A stretch of DNA of 64,000 nt from a virus: IMG/VR virus record IMGVR_UViG_3300047388_000107, positions 15,811 through 79,810 of that record; one strand, written 5' to 3'. The translations under genes and the position numbers were made by a program. How positions within the stretch are numbered: position 1 is the first letter of the stretch; each line of letters starts with the position of its first letter. The notes under the pieces are model-generated. The model saw only the letters and a list, made by a program, of their open reading frames with translations. It had not been told where the DNA came from and did not search any database. Positions 34,833-44,452 of this stretch are shown here, in pieces.

Positions 34833-35105
34833 ATGGCTAAACGCGAGCGCAAGCTGTCAGCCTCCACGGTGCGCGACATGGCCCGCAGGCGAGGACTGGC
34901 GATCCACAGGGCAGTAGCTGGCGGCTGGTACGTCGTGCTGATAGGCTACGTCTCCGGTCAGCCAGCCCCTACCCCGGTCCTCTATGCCACCCACGACTGG
35001 AACAAGGCCAAGGCGTTCGTCAAAAAGCAGCCGACCATCATCAAGGTTCGGCCAGAATTTTCAAATTCTGTCGATAGGGAGAGTGACGAGGATGACAAGA
35101 GCTAA
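34833..35105 (+). CDS. Early hypothetical protein
   Basis: GAGG RBS. Confidence 0.5.
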   Translation: MAKRERKLSASTVRDMARRRGLAIHRAVAGGWYVVLIGYVSGQPAPTPVLYATHDWNKAKAFVKKQPTIIKVRPEFSNSVDRESDEDDKS

Positions 35106-35370
35106 CACCAGACCGTACAGCCAGCTGCACAACGACATGCTCAAGCATCTGACCATCCAGCTGCGCAAGGCCAACTACGACGTCGCGCAGACTTGCGAGC
35201 TGGCCGACATCGCTCCGGAAATGATCACCCAGATCATCGTCTCGGCACTGCTGGCCGAAGCCATTCATGGCATGGCGGTCCTTGAGATGTCCGAAACCCA
35301 GTTTATCGCGCTGTGCCGCCGCGCCTACCGGCAGCTCTATCCGGAAATATCGCAAAGTATGGGCCGATGA
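35092..35370 (+). CDS. Early helical protein (paralogue of 35672-35959)
   Basis: Shared D...H...L...D...TC...P...SE..F......AY pattern. Confidence 0.6.
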   Translation: MTRANTRPYSQLHNDMLKHLTIQLRKANYDVAQTCELADIAPEMITQIIVSALLAEAIHGMAVLEMSETQFIALCRRAYRQLYPEISQSMGR

Positions 35371-35528
35371 TTACGCTGCTGGCCATCACAACTCACGAGG
35401 CCGTTCGATGACGCTGACCCTGATAACCATCAGTGTACTGGTTGGGGCGGTCCTGCTGCTGCTGATCGAAGCCGCCATTCTTGCCTTGTTATTCGCCAGC
35501 GAGTGGCGCGAAAGGTGAGAGCAACAAC

Positions 35529-35675
35529 ATGAGCCGCAAAATGGTTCTGACGTTTGACGAGCACGATTATGACCAGCTGATCTTGCTGGCCAAATTGCAC
35601 AAGTGCAGCGTTACCGAGCTGGTGCGCCGCATCGTCCGCGCCCATCTCGACAAGCGCGAGCTGGAGTTAAAATGA
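35529..35675 (+). CDS. CopG-like RHH protein
   Basis: MVLTF...YD.L..LA.....SV.ELVR..V...L. Confidence 0.7.
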   Translation: MSRKMVLTFDEHDYDQLILLAKLHKCSVTELVRRIVRAHLDKRELELK

Positions 35676-35959
35676 CCTATAAAGATAACGCTATTTTTAA
35701 AGATGTGGCGCAGCATTTTGCCGAACGCTTGCAGCAGCTGGTCAGAGATACCAGAGATACTTGCGCGCAGTCGAGATTGACACCGGACGATTGCGTCATG
35801 CTGGTAACCATACATCTGTGGTACCAGCTGGCGCGCGCCGCTCACGCGGGCGAGATCAGCGAGGCCGATTTCGTCAAGGCGGCCTCCTTGGCTTATTGCG
35901 ATATCAAGGGCTGGCTGGAGCAGCAGCTCAGCAAAAATTCTGGTCCTAAGAAAAATTAA
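35672..35959 (+). CDS. Early helical protein
   Basis: GGAG RBS, ATGA coupling. Confidence 0.6.
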   Translation: MTYKDNAIFKDVAQHFAERLQQLVRDTRDTCAQSRLTPDDCVMLVTIHLWYQLARAAHAGEISEADFVKAASLAYCDIKGWLEQQLSKNSGPKKN

Positions 35960-36211
35960 ATGAGTAACGACGCCAGTTTAATCGAACACCTGCGCTATCA
36001 CGCCTCCGACCTTGGCGCGCATGCCGTGCCGTGCCGGGAAGCTGCCGATCAGATCGAGCGGCTTGAGGCGGCGCTGCAGTTCTATCGCGATGGATGGATG
36101 TTCCAGACACACAAAAGTATGCCGGGACTATCATGGTCTCCAAAAGAAGAATTGCTTGATGATTGCGGCAACATCGCCCGCGCCGCACTGGGCAAGGATA
36201 CAGGAAAATGA
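35960..36211 (+). CDS. Early hypothetical protein
   Basis: EAADQIERLEAAL..Y...D.G..ARAAL phage motif. Confidence 0.65.
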   Translation: MSNDASLIEHLRYHASDLGAHAVPCREAADQIERLEAALQFYRDGWMFQTHKSMPGLSWSPKEELLDDCGNIARAALGKDTGK

Positions 36212-36579
36212 AAAAGACGCTTCCTCAGCTGCTGGAAACAGCCCGCCTCCGCGCTGGCGCTTACGCCTCAAGGACCGGAGATCAGCATGGCGCGTTCAAG
36301 CTCATTGCGCCATCGCGGCGGCTGGCGGTGCTCTCCAGCGGCCCCAATGAGGGTTGGGAGCATGTCAGCGTTTCAGCCCATGACCGCACCCCGACGTGGA
36401 AGGAAATGTGCTGGATCAAGGATCTGTTCTGGGACGACGATGAAGTGGTGATGCAGTTGCATCCGGCCAAGCGGGATTACGTCAACCACCATCCGTATTG
36501 CCTGCACCTCTGGCGGCCGCTCGAAGGCGTCATCCCGTTGCCGCCGTCGGAGTTTGTCGGGCCGAAGGAAACGGCATGA
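36208..36579 (+). CDS. Conserved phage protein
   Basis: GWEHVSVS...R.PTW.EM..IK.LFW...YVN.HP.CLHLW. Confidence 0.8.
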   Translation: MKKTLPQLLETARLRAGAYASRTGDQHGAFKLIAPSRRLAVLSSGPNEGWEHVSVSAHDRTPTWKEMCWIKDLFWDDDEVVMQLHPAKRDYVNHHPYCLHLWRPLEGVIPLPPSEFVGPKETA

Positions 36580-37319
36580 GCCTGCATGCCGCTTGTTCGC
36601 CGTCGTCCGCCACGATGTGGTTAAATTGTGCGGCCAGCGTCACCAAAACCAAGGACATGGTTCGTCCGTCGTCAAAATATGCCCGTGAAGGCACCGCCGC
36701 GCACAAGGTGGCCGAGCTGACCCTGAAGGGGGATATCTTCCTGCCCGACAAGGTCACCGTCGAAGGCTACGAGTATATCGTTTCGCCCGGCATGTGCCGG
36801 GCCCTCAACTCATACATCACGCATATCGAAAGCCTTCGAGCCTTACCCGATGCCGTGGTGGTGCTTGAAAAACGCCTCGTCGTCCCGCAGACCGGCGGCA
36901 TGGTCTGGGGTACGCTGGACTGCGGCGTGCAGGCGACCGGCGAGTTACACGTCGTCGACCTGAAATTCGGCAAGTGGGGTGTTGTCGATCCCGATGCTCC
37001 GCAGCTCAAGCTCTACGCGCTGGCGCTGGCTGATCACGTCAAAGCGACGCGGCCAGATACTCGCGTCACGCTGACCATCTGCCAGCCGCGTGCCGGGGAT
37101 ACGGCGCTGCGCTCGCACGTTTCGACGCTGGGTGCGTTGAAGACGTGGCGGGCAACCTACGTCAGGCCCGCCATCCTGCGGATCAAGGCGGGTGACTTAA
37201 CCGAGCACGCGGGCCCGCACTGCCGCTGGTGCGTGCGGCAAACCGAATGCAAAGCCTTTGCCCAAAAACATCAGGCGCGCGCCACGGACGTGTTCGACGA
37301 TGCAGGACCGTTCGCATGA
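36576..37319 (+). CDS. DUF2800 PD-(D/E)XK nuclease (second, shorter copy)
   Basis: HA..SPSSA..W..C, EGT.AH, GTLD, DLKFG, QL.LYA, G.HCRWC; 247 aa. Confidence 0.88.
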   Translation: MSLHAACSPSSATMWLNCAASVTKTKDMVRPSSKYAREGTAAHKVAELTLKGDIFLPDKVTVEGYEYIVSPGMCRALNSYITHIESLRALPDAVVVLEKRLVVPQTGGMVWGTLDCGVQATGELHVVDLKFGKWGVVDPDAPQLKLYALALADHVKATRPDTRVTLTICQPRAGDTALRSHVSTLGALKTWRATYVRPAILRIKAGDLTEHAGPHCRWCVRQTECKAFAQKHQARATDVFDDAGPFA

Positions 37320-37453
37320 AGCGCCGCAACCCGCCGAGCGACATCCCGCGGGCCCGGTCGCTGCTGATCAGGGGCATGGAGCTGAAAGACTGGGATTACG
37401 TCTACGCGGCGCTGCTGCTGATGACCCGGGCAAAACGGCGGGTTAAACGTTAA

Positions 37454-37486
37454 CGAAAGCCGCGGTTGACAGGGCCGCGGCTTTCG
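37454..37486. promoter_or_regulatory. 12-bp inverted repeat with TTGACA in the loop, upstream of SSB
   Basis: CGAAAGCCGCGG-TTGACAGGG-CCGCGGCTTTCG. Confidence 0.45.
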
Positions 37487-37541
37487 ACGGACTATGTCCC
37501 TGTTACTTCGTGTCAACCCATCTCAACAGAAAGATCTCATC

Positions 37542-38081
37542 ATGGCTGCCATCAATACCCCCTATGCCACCCTCTCCTTTCAGAACCTGTTCACCCCGCG
37601 TCCCCGCGCCGAAGGCGGTGACCCGGTGTATTCCTGCGCGCTGATCTTCGATCCGGCCGCGCAGAAGTCGCCGAAGTACAAGGCGCTGCAGGACGCCTGC
37701 ATCGAAGCCGCCCGCAGTGAATGGGGCGACAACGTCAACATCAAACAGGTCAAAATGCCGTTCCGGGACGCGGGCGAAAAGTCTTATGATGGTTACCGTC
37801 CCGGCGATGTCTTCATCTCGCCGTGGTCAAAGAACAAGCCCGGCATCGTCGACACCAACCGGGAGGATATCCTGTTGTCCGAGGAAGTCTGGTCCGGGCA
37901 ACTGGTGCGCGCCAACGTGGTGCCGTTCGCGTGGTCGCATACCGGCAAGCGCGGCGTCTCCTTTGGCTTGAACCATGTCCAGGTGATCCAGAGCGACGGC
38001 CGCCAGCGGCTCGACGGGCGGCCGTCGGCAGGCTCAGCATTCGACGACGGCGAAGTCAAAGGCGGCGACGGGATCTTCTGA
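37542..38081 (+). CDS. ssDNA-binding protein (DUF2815 family, second copy)
   Basis: LSF..LF.P, YS..L, PFRD, KP.IVD, SG...RA, GVSFGLN.VQ, acidic C-tail. Confidence 0.9.
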   Translation: MAAINTPYATLSFQNLFTPRPRAEGGDPVYSCALIFDPAAQKSPKYKALQDACIEAARSEWGDNVNIKQVKMPFRDAGEKSYDGYRPGDVFISPWSKNKPGIVDTNREDILLSEEVWSGQLVRANVVPFAWSHTGKRGVSFGLNHVQVIQSDGRQRLDGRPSAGSAFDDGEVKGGDGIF

Positions 38082-38440
38082 TGGCGGACGAGTTTACCAG
38101 GGAGCTGTCCGAGCTGGCCAGCACCGCCAAACGAACGAAGGCGGCGGTGCCGCCTTCGAGGTCAGCACCGATGCCGATCTACGACTTCGAGCATCTCGGC
38201 GAAACCTTGTCGGACAGTCTGGTGCAGGCGGCCGAAGATCTGTCGGCCGAAGCGCAACAGATCGCCAACCGGTTGACAGAGGATGCGCATCAGCTGGCCA
38301 ACAACGCCCGGACCCTGGCCGCCGACATCCGGCTACAGGTCTCCGAGCAAAGCAAGCTGCTCGCCGACATCAACAACCGGCTCAAGGCGTCCGGCGAACA
38401 GGTGCTGGAAGCGCAGCGCAAATTCAACGGAGGCGCCTAA
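38081..38440 (+). CDS. Coiled-coil protein (homologue of 24263-24520)
   Basis: Visual alignment; TGATG coupling. Confidence 0.65.
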   Translation: MADEFTRELSELASTAKRTKAAVPPSRSAPMPIYDFEHLGETLSDSLVQAAEDLSAEAQQIANRLTEDAHQLANNARTLAADIRLQVSEQSKLLADINNRLKASGEQVLEAQRKFNGGA

Positions 38441-38625
38441 TGGACGACAAGATCAGGCGGCGGCCGGGACGTCCGGTCAAATACGGTCCGACGACGATGC
38501 ACCGGCTGCAGCGCACCCTGCATCAGCAGATCCGGCAGCAGCTGTGGCCGTGGGAAACCCTGTCGGATTACATCCGGCTGGCGCTTAAGAAAGAGTTGCA
38601 GGTACGCGACCAGATCAGGTCCTGA
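38440..38625 (+). CDS. RHH regulator with GRP motif
   Basis: GRP..Y...ET.SDYIRLAL.KEL; homologue of 16658-16885. Confidence 0.65.
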   Translation: MDDKIRRRPGRPVKYGPTTMHRLQRTLHQQIRQQLWPWETLSDYIRLALKKELQVRDQIRS

Positions 38626-38626
38626 C

Positions 38627-38660
38627 AAAAAACAGCCCCGCCAGAACGGCGGGGCTTTTT
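38627..38660. terminator. Bidirectional intrinsic terminator
   Basis: A6-C-AGCCCCGCC-loop-GGCGGGGCT-T4 where early and late transcription converge. Confidence 0.8.
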
Positions 38661-38803
38661 AGTTGTCTTACCCGCCGCACCGGTACCACAGCACGGCGCC
38701 TCCGGCAATCAACAGCCACAGCGGCAGCGACAGCAGCATGCCGGTGAGGATGCCGCGGGCGACGTTCAGGCCGTTGTCGTTGTCGTTGTCATGCTCTGGC
38801 GGG

Positions 38804-38980
38804 TCAGCGGACTGGGCTGCCGAACACCTGAAATCCGAGCAGGCCGATCAGCAGAAACAGGATGAACCAGCTGCCGAACGGCGCCCAGATCTGCCCGGCG
38901 GGCCGCCACGGGTTCATGCCCCAGACCCCGAACACCAGCGTGAAGACCCAGATGATCCAGAACCAGATATTGGCACCCAT
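38804..38980 (-). CDS. Small two-TM membrane protein, holin candidate (58 aa)
   Basis: Read manually: MGANIWFWIIWVF...LLGFQVFGSPVR; GAGG RBS. Confidence 0.6.
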   Translation of the reverse strand: MGANIWFWIIWVFTLVFGVWGMNPWRPAGQIWAPFGSWFILFLLIGLLGFQVFGSPVR

Positions 38981-38994
38981 GGCTCAAACCTTCC

Positions 38995-39102
38995 TCACGG
39001 CGCGACCGCGTACCACGCCACGATCGCGATGACGCCGAGGCACGCGACGATGCCGAGGATCACGATCCACGGAATTTGATTGTCCCTGCCATCCCACCGC
39101 AT
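38995..39102 (-). CDS. 35-aa single-TM peptide
   Basis: Read manually; abuts the lysin stop. Confidence 0.45.
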   Translation of the reverse strand: MRWDGRDNQIPWIVILGIVACLGVIAIVAWYAVAP

Positions 39103-39840
39103 TCAAACCTCGTCGCCGTAGATCACCTCGTTGTTGATCGCGATCGAAACCGCGACTTCGCCCGAGGTGACGATGTTGAGGTGCACGCTGGCCATTTCCG
39201 GTGCGGGCTTCGGCGGCTGCACCGACCCCGCCGGTTTGATCCACGCCAGCAGCTGATCGTCGCTGCCGTTAAAGCGGTTGAGGTCGACCAGGCTGCCGCT
39301 GACGCCGTTGATGGTGCCGCTCTCCGAATACTGCCACAACGTCCAGCCGGGATAGGTACCTTCCGGCCACGACGGGGTGCCACTGGTGTATTGCGCCAGC
39401 CACAGGTCGGTATTCTCGGCCAGCAGCTTGTCATAGCTGCCGTCGAGCTGCTCCTTCAGCAGATGGCCAGAATAGATCGTCACCCGCAAATCGCGCGGAT
39501 CGTCCAGCAACGCTTGCACGGCTTGGTGCAGATCGTCGAGCGTGCAGCCATCTTCTTCGTAGTCGATCACCACTCGCTCGCCCACGACCGGCTGCAGCGT
39601 GTCCAAATAGAATTTCATCTGCGACGCCGGGCTGGAGCTTGGCGACAGCCAGTGATAGGTCGCCACTGCGATCCCGGCGTCGATCGCGTTCTTGCAGTTC
39701 TTGCCGCGGTTGGGGTCGACGTAGCTCGACCCTTCGGTGCATTTGTGGATCAGCGCGATGACGCCCGCGGCGCGCACCTTGCCGAAGTCGGGAAAATCCT
39801 GGTGGTGCGAGATGTCGATGCATTTGACGATTTCAGCCAT
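39103..39840 (-). CDS. GH25 muramidase endolysin (second copy)
   Basis: Same GH25 motifs; 44 of the first 60 aa identical to 5779-6486. Confidence 0.93.
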   Translation of the reverse strand: MAEIVKCIDISHHQDFPDFGKVRAAGVIALIHKCTEGSSYVDPNRGKNCKNAIDAGIAVATYHWLSPSSSPASQMKFYLDTLQPVVGERVVIDYEEDGCTLDDLHQAVQALLDDPRDLRVTIYSGHLLKEQLDGSYDKLLAENTDLWLAQYTSGTPSWPEGTYPGWTLWQYSESGTINGVSGSLVDLNRFNGSDDQLLAWIKPAGSVQPPKPAPEMASVHLNIVTSGEVAVSIAINNEVIYGDEV

Positions 39841-39852
39841 GGGCCAACTCCT

Positions 39853-40161
39853 TCAACATCGCGGCGGGTGCCAATTTGCCAGATTACGCTGCGCCCGGAC
39901 ATAGGCGTTGACGCCGAGCGACGCGCCATTGACGGCACGGGCCGGTTGCTCCGCCGGGTCCTTGATCCAGATCTCGAACAGGTGGCTGATGTGCTCCTCG
40001 AAGGCGTGATCGAGGCTGTCGGACATCATCTTGTGCATATGGTCTTCCTGCTGCTGATCGGCGACGCAGTATTTCACGATCGCTGGCGGTTCGGTGGCCG
40101 TCGTGAGCGTCACCAGAAGCGCCAGCAACACGATCGTCGATGCGGCACCTCTGGCGGACAT
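39853..40161 (-). CDS. Putative exported protein
   Basis: Signal/TM N-terminus; LFE.W.KDP.EQP.RA. Confidence 0.6.
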   Translation of the reverse strand: MSARGAASTIVLLALLVTLTTATEPPAIVKYCVADQQQEDHMHKMMSDSLDHAFEEHISHLFEIWIKDPAEQPARAVNGASLGVNAYVRAQRNLANWHPPRC

Positions 40162-40233
40162 TATTTTGGCGTGGTGAATGGATCGAAAGGGGGCACGGTG
40201 TCTCCGGTTGCGCTGAGTTGATAGCCCATCGTA

Positions 40234-41823
40234 TTACAACCTCGCATTCAGCGAAATGTAACTGCCCGCGGCATTATAGTAATAGGCAGCACCCGCGGCG
40301 GTAGCATTAAGCCCGAAATACGCGCTACGGACACCGGGGAATGGGTTGATGGTGGACGCATTGGTGTAGGTCCAGGTGCCGACGAAAGTGAGGGTTGGCG
40401 CAGCACGCATTTCTACACCGTAATGAATAACCGGTCCGACAACCGACATTGCCGACGGCGCGTAACCCGCGTTGACCATGGCGTCGAACAGGACAGTGCC
40501 GCCTAGTTTCTGCCAGTACCGCTTGCACAACAGCAGCTCGTTCACGTAGTCCGGCACCACGAATGGCGTTGCGATTGTCCCGATTTCCAGTTTGACCGTG
40601 CCGAGTGTACCGGCATTAAACTCGACCGACATCACCGTGCCAGCTGTCTGCCCGTTAATCAGCAGCGGACTGGCGGCATAGGCCCCGGAAGGTGTCAGTG
40701 AATTTACACCCGCACGCGCTTGTGCCGTGCCGGTCCAGGTAAGAATGTAGGAACCACCGACGACCCTCACATCCTCAATCGGTTGGATCAGCGACTTACC
40801 GGCTGCGATGGTGATTTGCGTACTGCTGGCCAGTTGCGTAAAAGAGTAATCACCTCCGCTCGCTCCGGCTTTCCATTGGTCGTGACCGTAGGCCCCGGCA
40901 GCCAGCACAGCCGCAGAAACATAGCCGCCCTGATTGATGCGGAAATCTCCGTTGATGACGCTGTTAGCATTGGGCGTGCCGGTATTGCTGCGCGCCTGCG
41001 CCTGCTGGTTGGCGGTCAGGCCCTGCGGCAGATCAAACCGCACCGCGCCCGCGGTGGTGGCCGCCGAGCCGAGCGCGGTGATACCGTATTCGGTGATGAT
41101 GACGAGGCCCGCGCCGCCAGCACCCCCGGCCAGCGCCGGGCCGTTGCTGAATTGCGCGGCGCCCGCTCCGCCGCTCCCCGTCAATCCGGCGTTTCCGGTG
41201 GCGGACAGCAGACCCTGTGCCGCGCCGCCGAACACACTCGGCCCGCCGTTGCCGCCCTGGGCGACACCGCCGGTCCCGACGCCGGGGTTGCCCGCCGAGC
41301 CACTCAACCGCACGTCACCGACGCCGTTTGCGCCAATGCCCCCGGCGCCGCCAGAGATGACGTAGGACACCAGCGCCGATCCGATCGGGTTGCCGCCAGC
41401 ACCGCCAACCGCGCTGCACAGCGACCCCACCGATGTGATGCCTCCGGCGCCGCCTGTATTGTTTCCGGCGAGACCGCCCGCGCCGCCTGCGCCGACGGTC
41501 ACGGTTTGCGACACGCCGATCATCGCGGCGGTGGCGTACAGACGTGAATAGGCTCCGGCGCCACCACCACCGCCCACGGTGATGTTGGGCGAAGCCCCGG
41601 ACGCCAGACACCCCGCGCCCCCGCCCCCGCCGCCCACCAGTTCGATGATGCATGTCACCATGTTGGGCGAAGGTGTGTAGGTTCCGCTGGCGGTGAACGC
41701 TAAAATCCGGATCACGCCGCCGGTGTTTGGTGTCGCCAGCGTGTACAGCCATTTTTCGCCGTCGTAGGTGTAGCCCTGGAAGGTCTGGCCGACCGTCGGC
41801 GTGTTGGGGAAATCAAACGCCAT
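40234..41823 (-). CDS. Tail fibre/spike with glycine-rich domain
   Basis: MAFDFP..P..GQ......DGEKW start; FTASGTYTP...GGGGGG domain; INGDF.I.Q and EL..C.RYW motifs. Confidence 0.8.
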   Translation of the reverse strand: MAFDFPNTPTVGQTFQGYTYDGEKWLYTLATPNTGGVIRILAFTASGTYTPSPNMVTCIIELVGGGGGGAGCLASGASPNITVGGGGGAGAYSRLYATAAMIGVSQTVTVGAGGAGGLAGNNTGGAGGITSVGSLCSAVGGAGGNPIGSALVSYVISGGAGGIGANGVGDVRLSGSAGNPGVGTGGVAQGGNGGPSVFGGAAQGLLSATGNAGLTGSGGAGAAQFSNGPALAGGAGGAGLVIITEYGITALGSAATTAGAVRFDLPQGLTANQQAQARSNTGTPNANSVINGDFRINQGGYVSAAVLAAGAYGHDQWKAGASGGDYSFTQLASSTQITIAAGKSLIQPIEDVRVVGGSYILTWTGTAQARAGVNSLTPSGAYAASPLLINGQTAGTVMSVEFNAGTLGTVKLEIGTIATPFVVPDYVNELLLCKRYWQKLGGTVLFDAMVNAGYAPSAMSVVGPVIHYGVEMRAAPTLTFVGTWTYTNASTINPFPGVRSAYFGLNATAAGAAYYYNAAGSYISLNARL

Positions 41824-43391
41824 CAGGCATCCCTCCCGCGCCGGTCGATGTAACCGAGTGTCGCAATACTAAATTGACACGTCGCCGCCGACGCGTTCGA
41901 AACGATGCGATACTGCCGCGATGCGTTGAGGCGAACTCTGAGGTTGGTGGCGGTTGCTGGTACATTCGCGATCGGGGTACAGAATTGATAATTGCCAATC
42001 ACGGGGTTGTTGACGATGAGGGCGGCGTTGGCCACCAACGAATGGATTGTCGCCAGCGTGATTGCCGTGTTGGACACCATGACGGCATACAGGATCGCCT
42101 CGCAGTTCGGTGGTGCTATCGCGGTCGCGAAAAATCCCGTCGTGCCAACCGCCTGAGCGTTGAGGTCCTGGATCGGCGCGTCCCACAAAAACTCGTCGCC
42201 AGTCTGGGTGAATTTAAGCCACTGGTTGACGTTGAGGCCGTTATTAAGCGAACCGATACGGCGAAACTGCGTGTAGTTGGCCGGTAACGTCGGCGCGTTG
42301 CCCATGATCGTCAGCAGCACATCGACCACGCCGGTATCAGGGCGGCGGATCAGATAGACGTCGTGATAGTTAGCCGCAATCGTTCCGGTATCGAGCGCGC
42401 CGTTGCCGCTGCCGACCACCCACGCGCCCATGGTCTTGGTGATCGCCGCGGGCAGTGTCATCATCGCAATATTGGTGCTGTCTGCGGCGACGCCGGGCTG
42501 CACCGTAAAGCTCGCCGATGCACCCGGCGTCGACAGCGTCAGCCCGGCAAGGTGACTGCGTTGTACGGGATTAACATTGCCGCCGGGCAGCGCCACCCAC
42601 TGGCTGGAGTTGCCGTCATTATAGTAGAGAAAGAACAGGCCGGTGTTACTCTGCCACCACAGCATGCCTGCGGTCGGCGACGCGGGCGGCGTATCTGAAA
42701 TCACGACGCCGCCGCCTCCGGGCCCCAGCGGGTGAACGTGGTCCTCGCGCGCGAACTTGACCGATGTACCCACCGCACCGGCACCGCTTTCGACCAGCGG
42801 CAGCGCGGTGGCCGGGGCCCGCACATTGTTATCGACGTACTGTTTGGTGGCGGCGCCGAGCGCGGCGCCGGGATCGGCCGCCAGCAGCAGCGCGCCGGTC
42901 AGCGTGATCCCACCATCGGACCGCTTGACCGTCAGCGGGGCGTCGATGAAACCCCCGGCATCGGTGTAGCGGTACAGCGCGAAATCGGACCCAGCGTTGC
43001 CGCCGCTCTCGGCGGTAACGTCCCCTAAAATCATCGCCCAGCGCGGATTGGCGCCGTTGTAGGCGGCGATCTGATCGGATTGCCCCGACGCGGTCTTCTG
43101 CAGCACCAGCGCCGGATTGGTCTTGCCGATCTGCAGATTGCCCGTCATCACATCGCCCGCCTTGGCGACCTTCTCGCTGTCCAGTTCCTGCAGCGCCGCC
43201 TGCACGTTGGTCGAGGCGATATTCCCTGCCGGAGTGACCGTGATGCCGGAGGCGGCGCCGCCGCCGCCGCTGGTCACGGCGCTCCACGCGGTGTTCTTGC
43301 GGCCGTAGGTCTGACCGTCGGCCGGGGCTTCGCTGATGCCGCCCGCCGGGCCCGCCGGACCCTTGATGTTGGTTTCCGACGTCCAGCTCAT
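41823..43391 (-). CDS. Tail fibre protein
   Basis: EAP.DG..YGR, TNVQ.AL.EL, KAGD.MTG.L, ATKQYVD, AREDHVHP modules. Confidence 0.82.
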   Translation of the reverse strand: MSWTSETNIKGPAGPAGGISEAPADGQTYGRKNTAWSAVTSGGGGAASGITVTPAGNIASTNVQAALQELDSEKVAKAGDVMTGNLQIGKTNPALVLQKTASGQSDQIAAYNGANPRWAMILGDVTAESGGNAGSDFALYRYTDAGGFIDAPLTVKRSDGGITLTGALLLAADPGAALGAATKQYVDNNVRAPATALPLVESGAGAVGTSVKFAREDHVHPLGPGGGGVVISDTPPASPTAGMLWWQSNTGLFFLYYNDGNSSQWVALPGGNVNPVQRSHLAGLTLSTPGASASFTVQPGVAADSTNIAMMTLPAAITKTMGAWVVGSGNGALDTGTIAANYHDVYLIRRPDTGVVDVLLTIMGNAPTLPANYTQFRRIGSLNNGLNVNQWLKFTQTGDEFLWDAPIQDLNAQAVGTTGFFATAIAPPNCEAILYAVMVSNTAITLATIHSLVANAALIVNNPVIGNYQFCTPIANVPATATNLRVRLNASRQYRIVSNASAATCQFSIATLGYIDRRGRDA

Positions 43392-43993
43392 GCAGCCGTC
43401 CCCCTGAACGCGCCCCATGTCGCGGTTGCCGCGCTCCAGCGCCAGACATCGCCGCTGGTCTCGTCCAGCCACATGTCGCCTTCGATCCTTGTATCCGGCA
43501 CGGTGCCGGGGGCGCCGGGGCCCGTGTACCAGCGCGAACCCCTTAACCCCGGGTCGCCCTGCACGCCGCGCGGCCCGATCGGCCCCGCCGGACCCACCGG
43601 CCCGGTCGAATAGCTCGCGGGCGCCAACGGCCCGTAGATCGCGTAGCCGTAGCCGGTGAGATCGATGCGGCCGCAGGCCAGCATGTCTTGCGGCTGCCCT
43701 TGATCGTTGCGGGTATAGACCTCGATGCTGAAGCGGTCGTTCATCACCGAGGCCGGGATCGTGGCGATGCCCGAGGCCCCGGTGACGTCGTTGACGACGA
43801 TGTCGTAGCCGGAAACGACGTTGGAGGTGAACGGCCGCAGTACCAGTTGCGGATTAAGGTTCGCAATCACCGCGTAGGGCAGGCCGTTGAGGTCCTTGAA
43901 ATAAAACTGTACGTCGCCCGGCATGCCCGCGGCCTGCGCGAAACCAATCTCGTCCGGCGACGCCGGGTTGACGTAGATCGTTGCGGTGTGCAT
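43388..43993 (-). CDS. Tail/fibre-anchor protein with short collagen repeat
   Basis: (Gxy)n run then GS.WY.G.G.P...GDM.LD...GDV. Confidence 0.7.
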   Translation of the reverse strand: MHTATIYVNPASPDEIGFAQAAGMPGDVQFYFKDLNGLPYAVIANLNPQLVLRPFTSNVVSGYDIVVNDVTGASGIATIPASVMNDRFSIEVYTRNDQGQPQDMLACGRIDLTGYGYAIYGPLAPASYSTGPVGPAGPIGPRGVQGDPGLRGSRWYTGPGAPGTVPDTRIEGDMWLDETSGDVWRWSAATATWGAFRGTAA

Positions 43994-44071
43994 CCCCGTA
44001 GTTATCCCAGGTTGTATCGTCCAAGAACGTCGCTTAACTCAGGTTCGACAAACAAAAAGGTGCTTACCCCC

Positions 44072-44452
44072 ATGAAAACCCTCATCGCTGTCGGCTTGCT
44101 GCTGGCCCTCGCTACTTCCGCGCATGGTGCTGAAGTTCGCAACACCGTCCCCGGCTGGGTGCTTAGACTGGACGCCAAACAATACGCGGCGCGCGAAGCC
44201 CGCGAAGCGGCCAAAGGCACCTGGTTTCTGCTGTTCGATACCTGGTTCTGCGACGTGCATGACTGCGGGGAAGGGAAGCCGCCGGAAGAGGATTTCGTGC
44301 ACCGGGACAGCTACGCCACGCAGAAGCGGTGCCTGGCCGCCGGGCGCCGTTTGGTCGCCGACCGGACGACGGCGCCGTACGCGTTCGCTGCGGCCACCAG
44401 CAACGCCATCGGGAGAATATCCCCGCGGTGTGTGTGGCATCGCTTGGACTAG
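44072..44452 (+). CDS. Putative exported Cys-containing protein (moron-like)
   Basis: Signal peptide, four Cys, antisense to the late operon in a gap between genes. Confidence 0.6.
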   Translation: MKTLIAVGLLLALATSAHGAEVRNTVPGWVLRLDAKQYAAREAREAAKGTWFLLFDTWFCDVHDCGEGKPPEEDFVHRDSYATQKRCLAAGRRLVADRTTAPYAFAAATSNAIGRISPRCVWHRLD

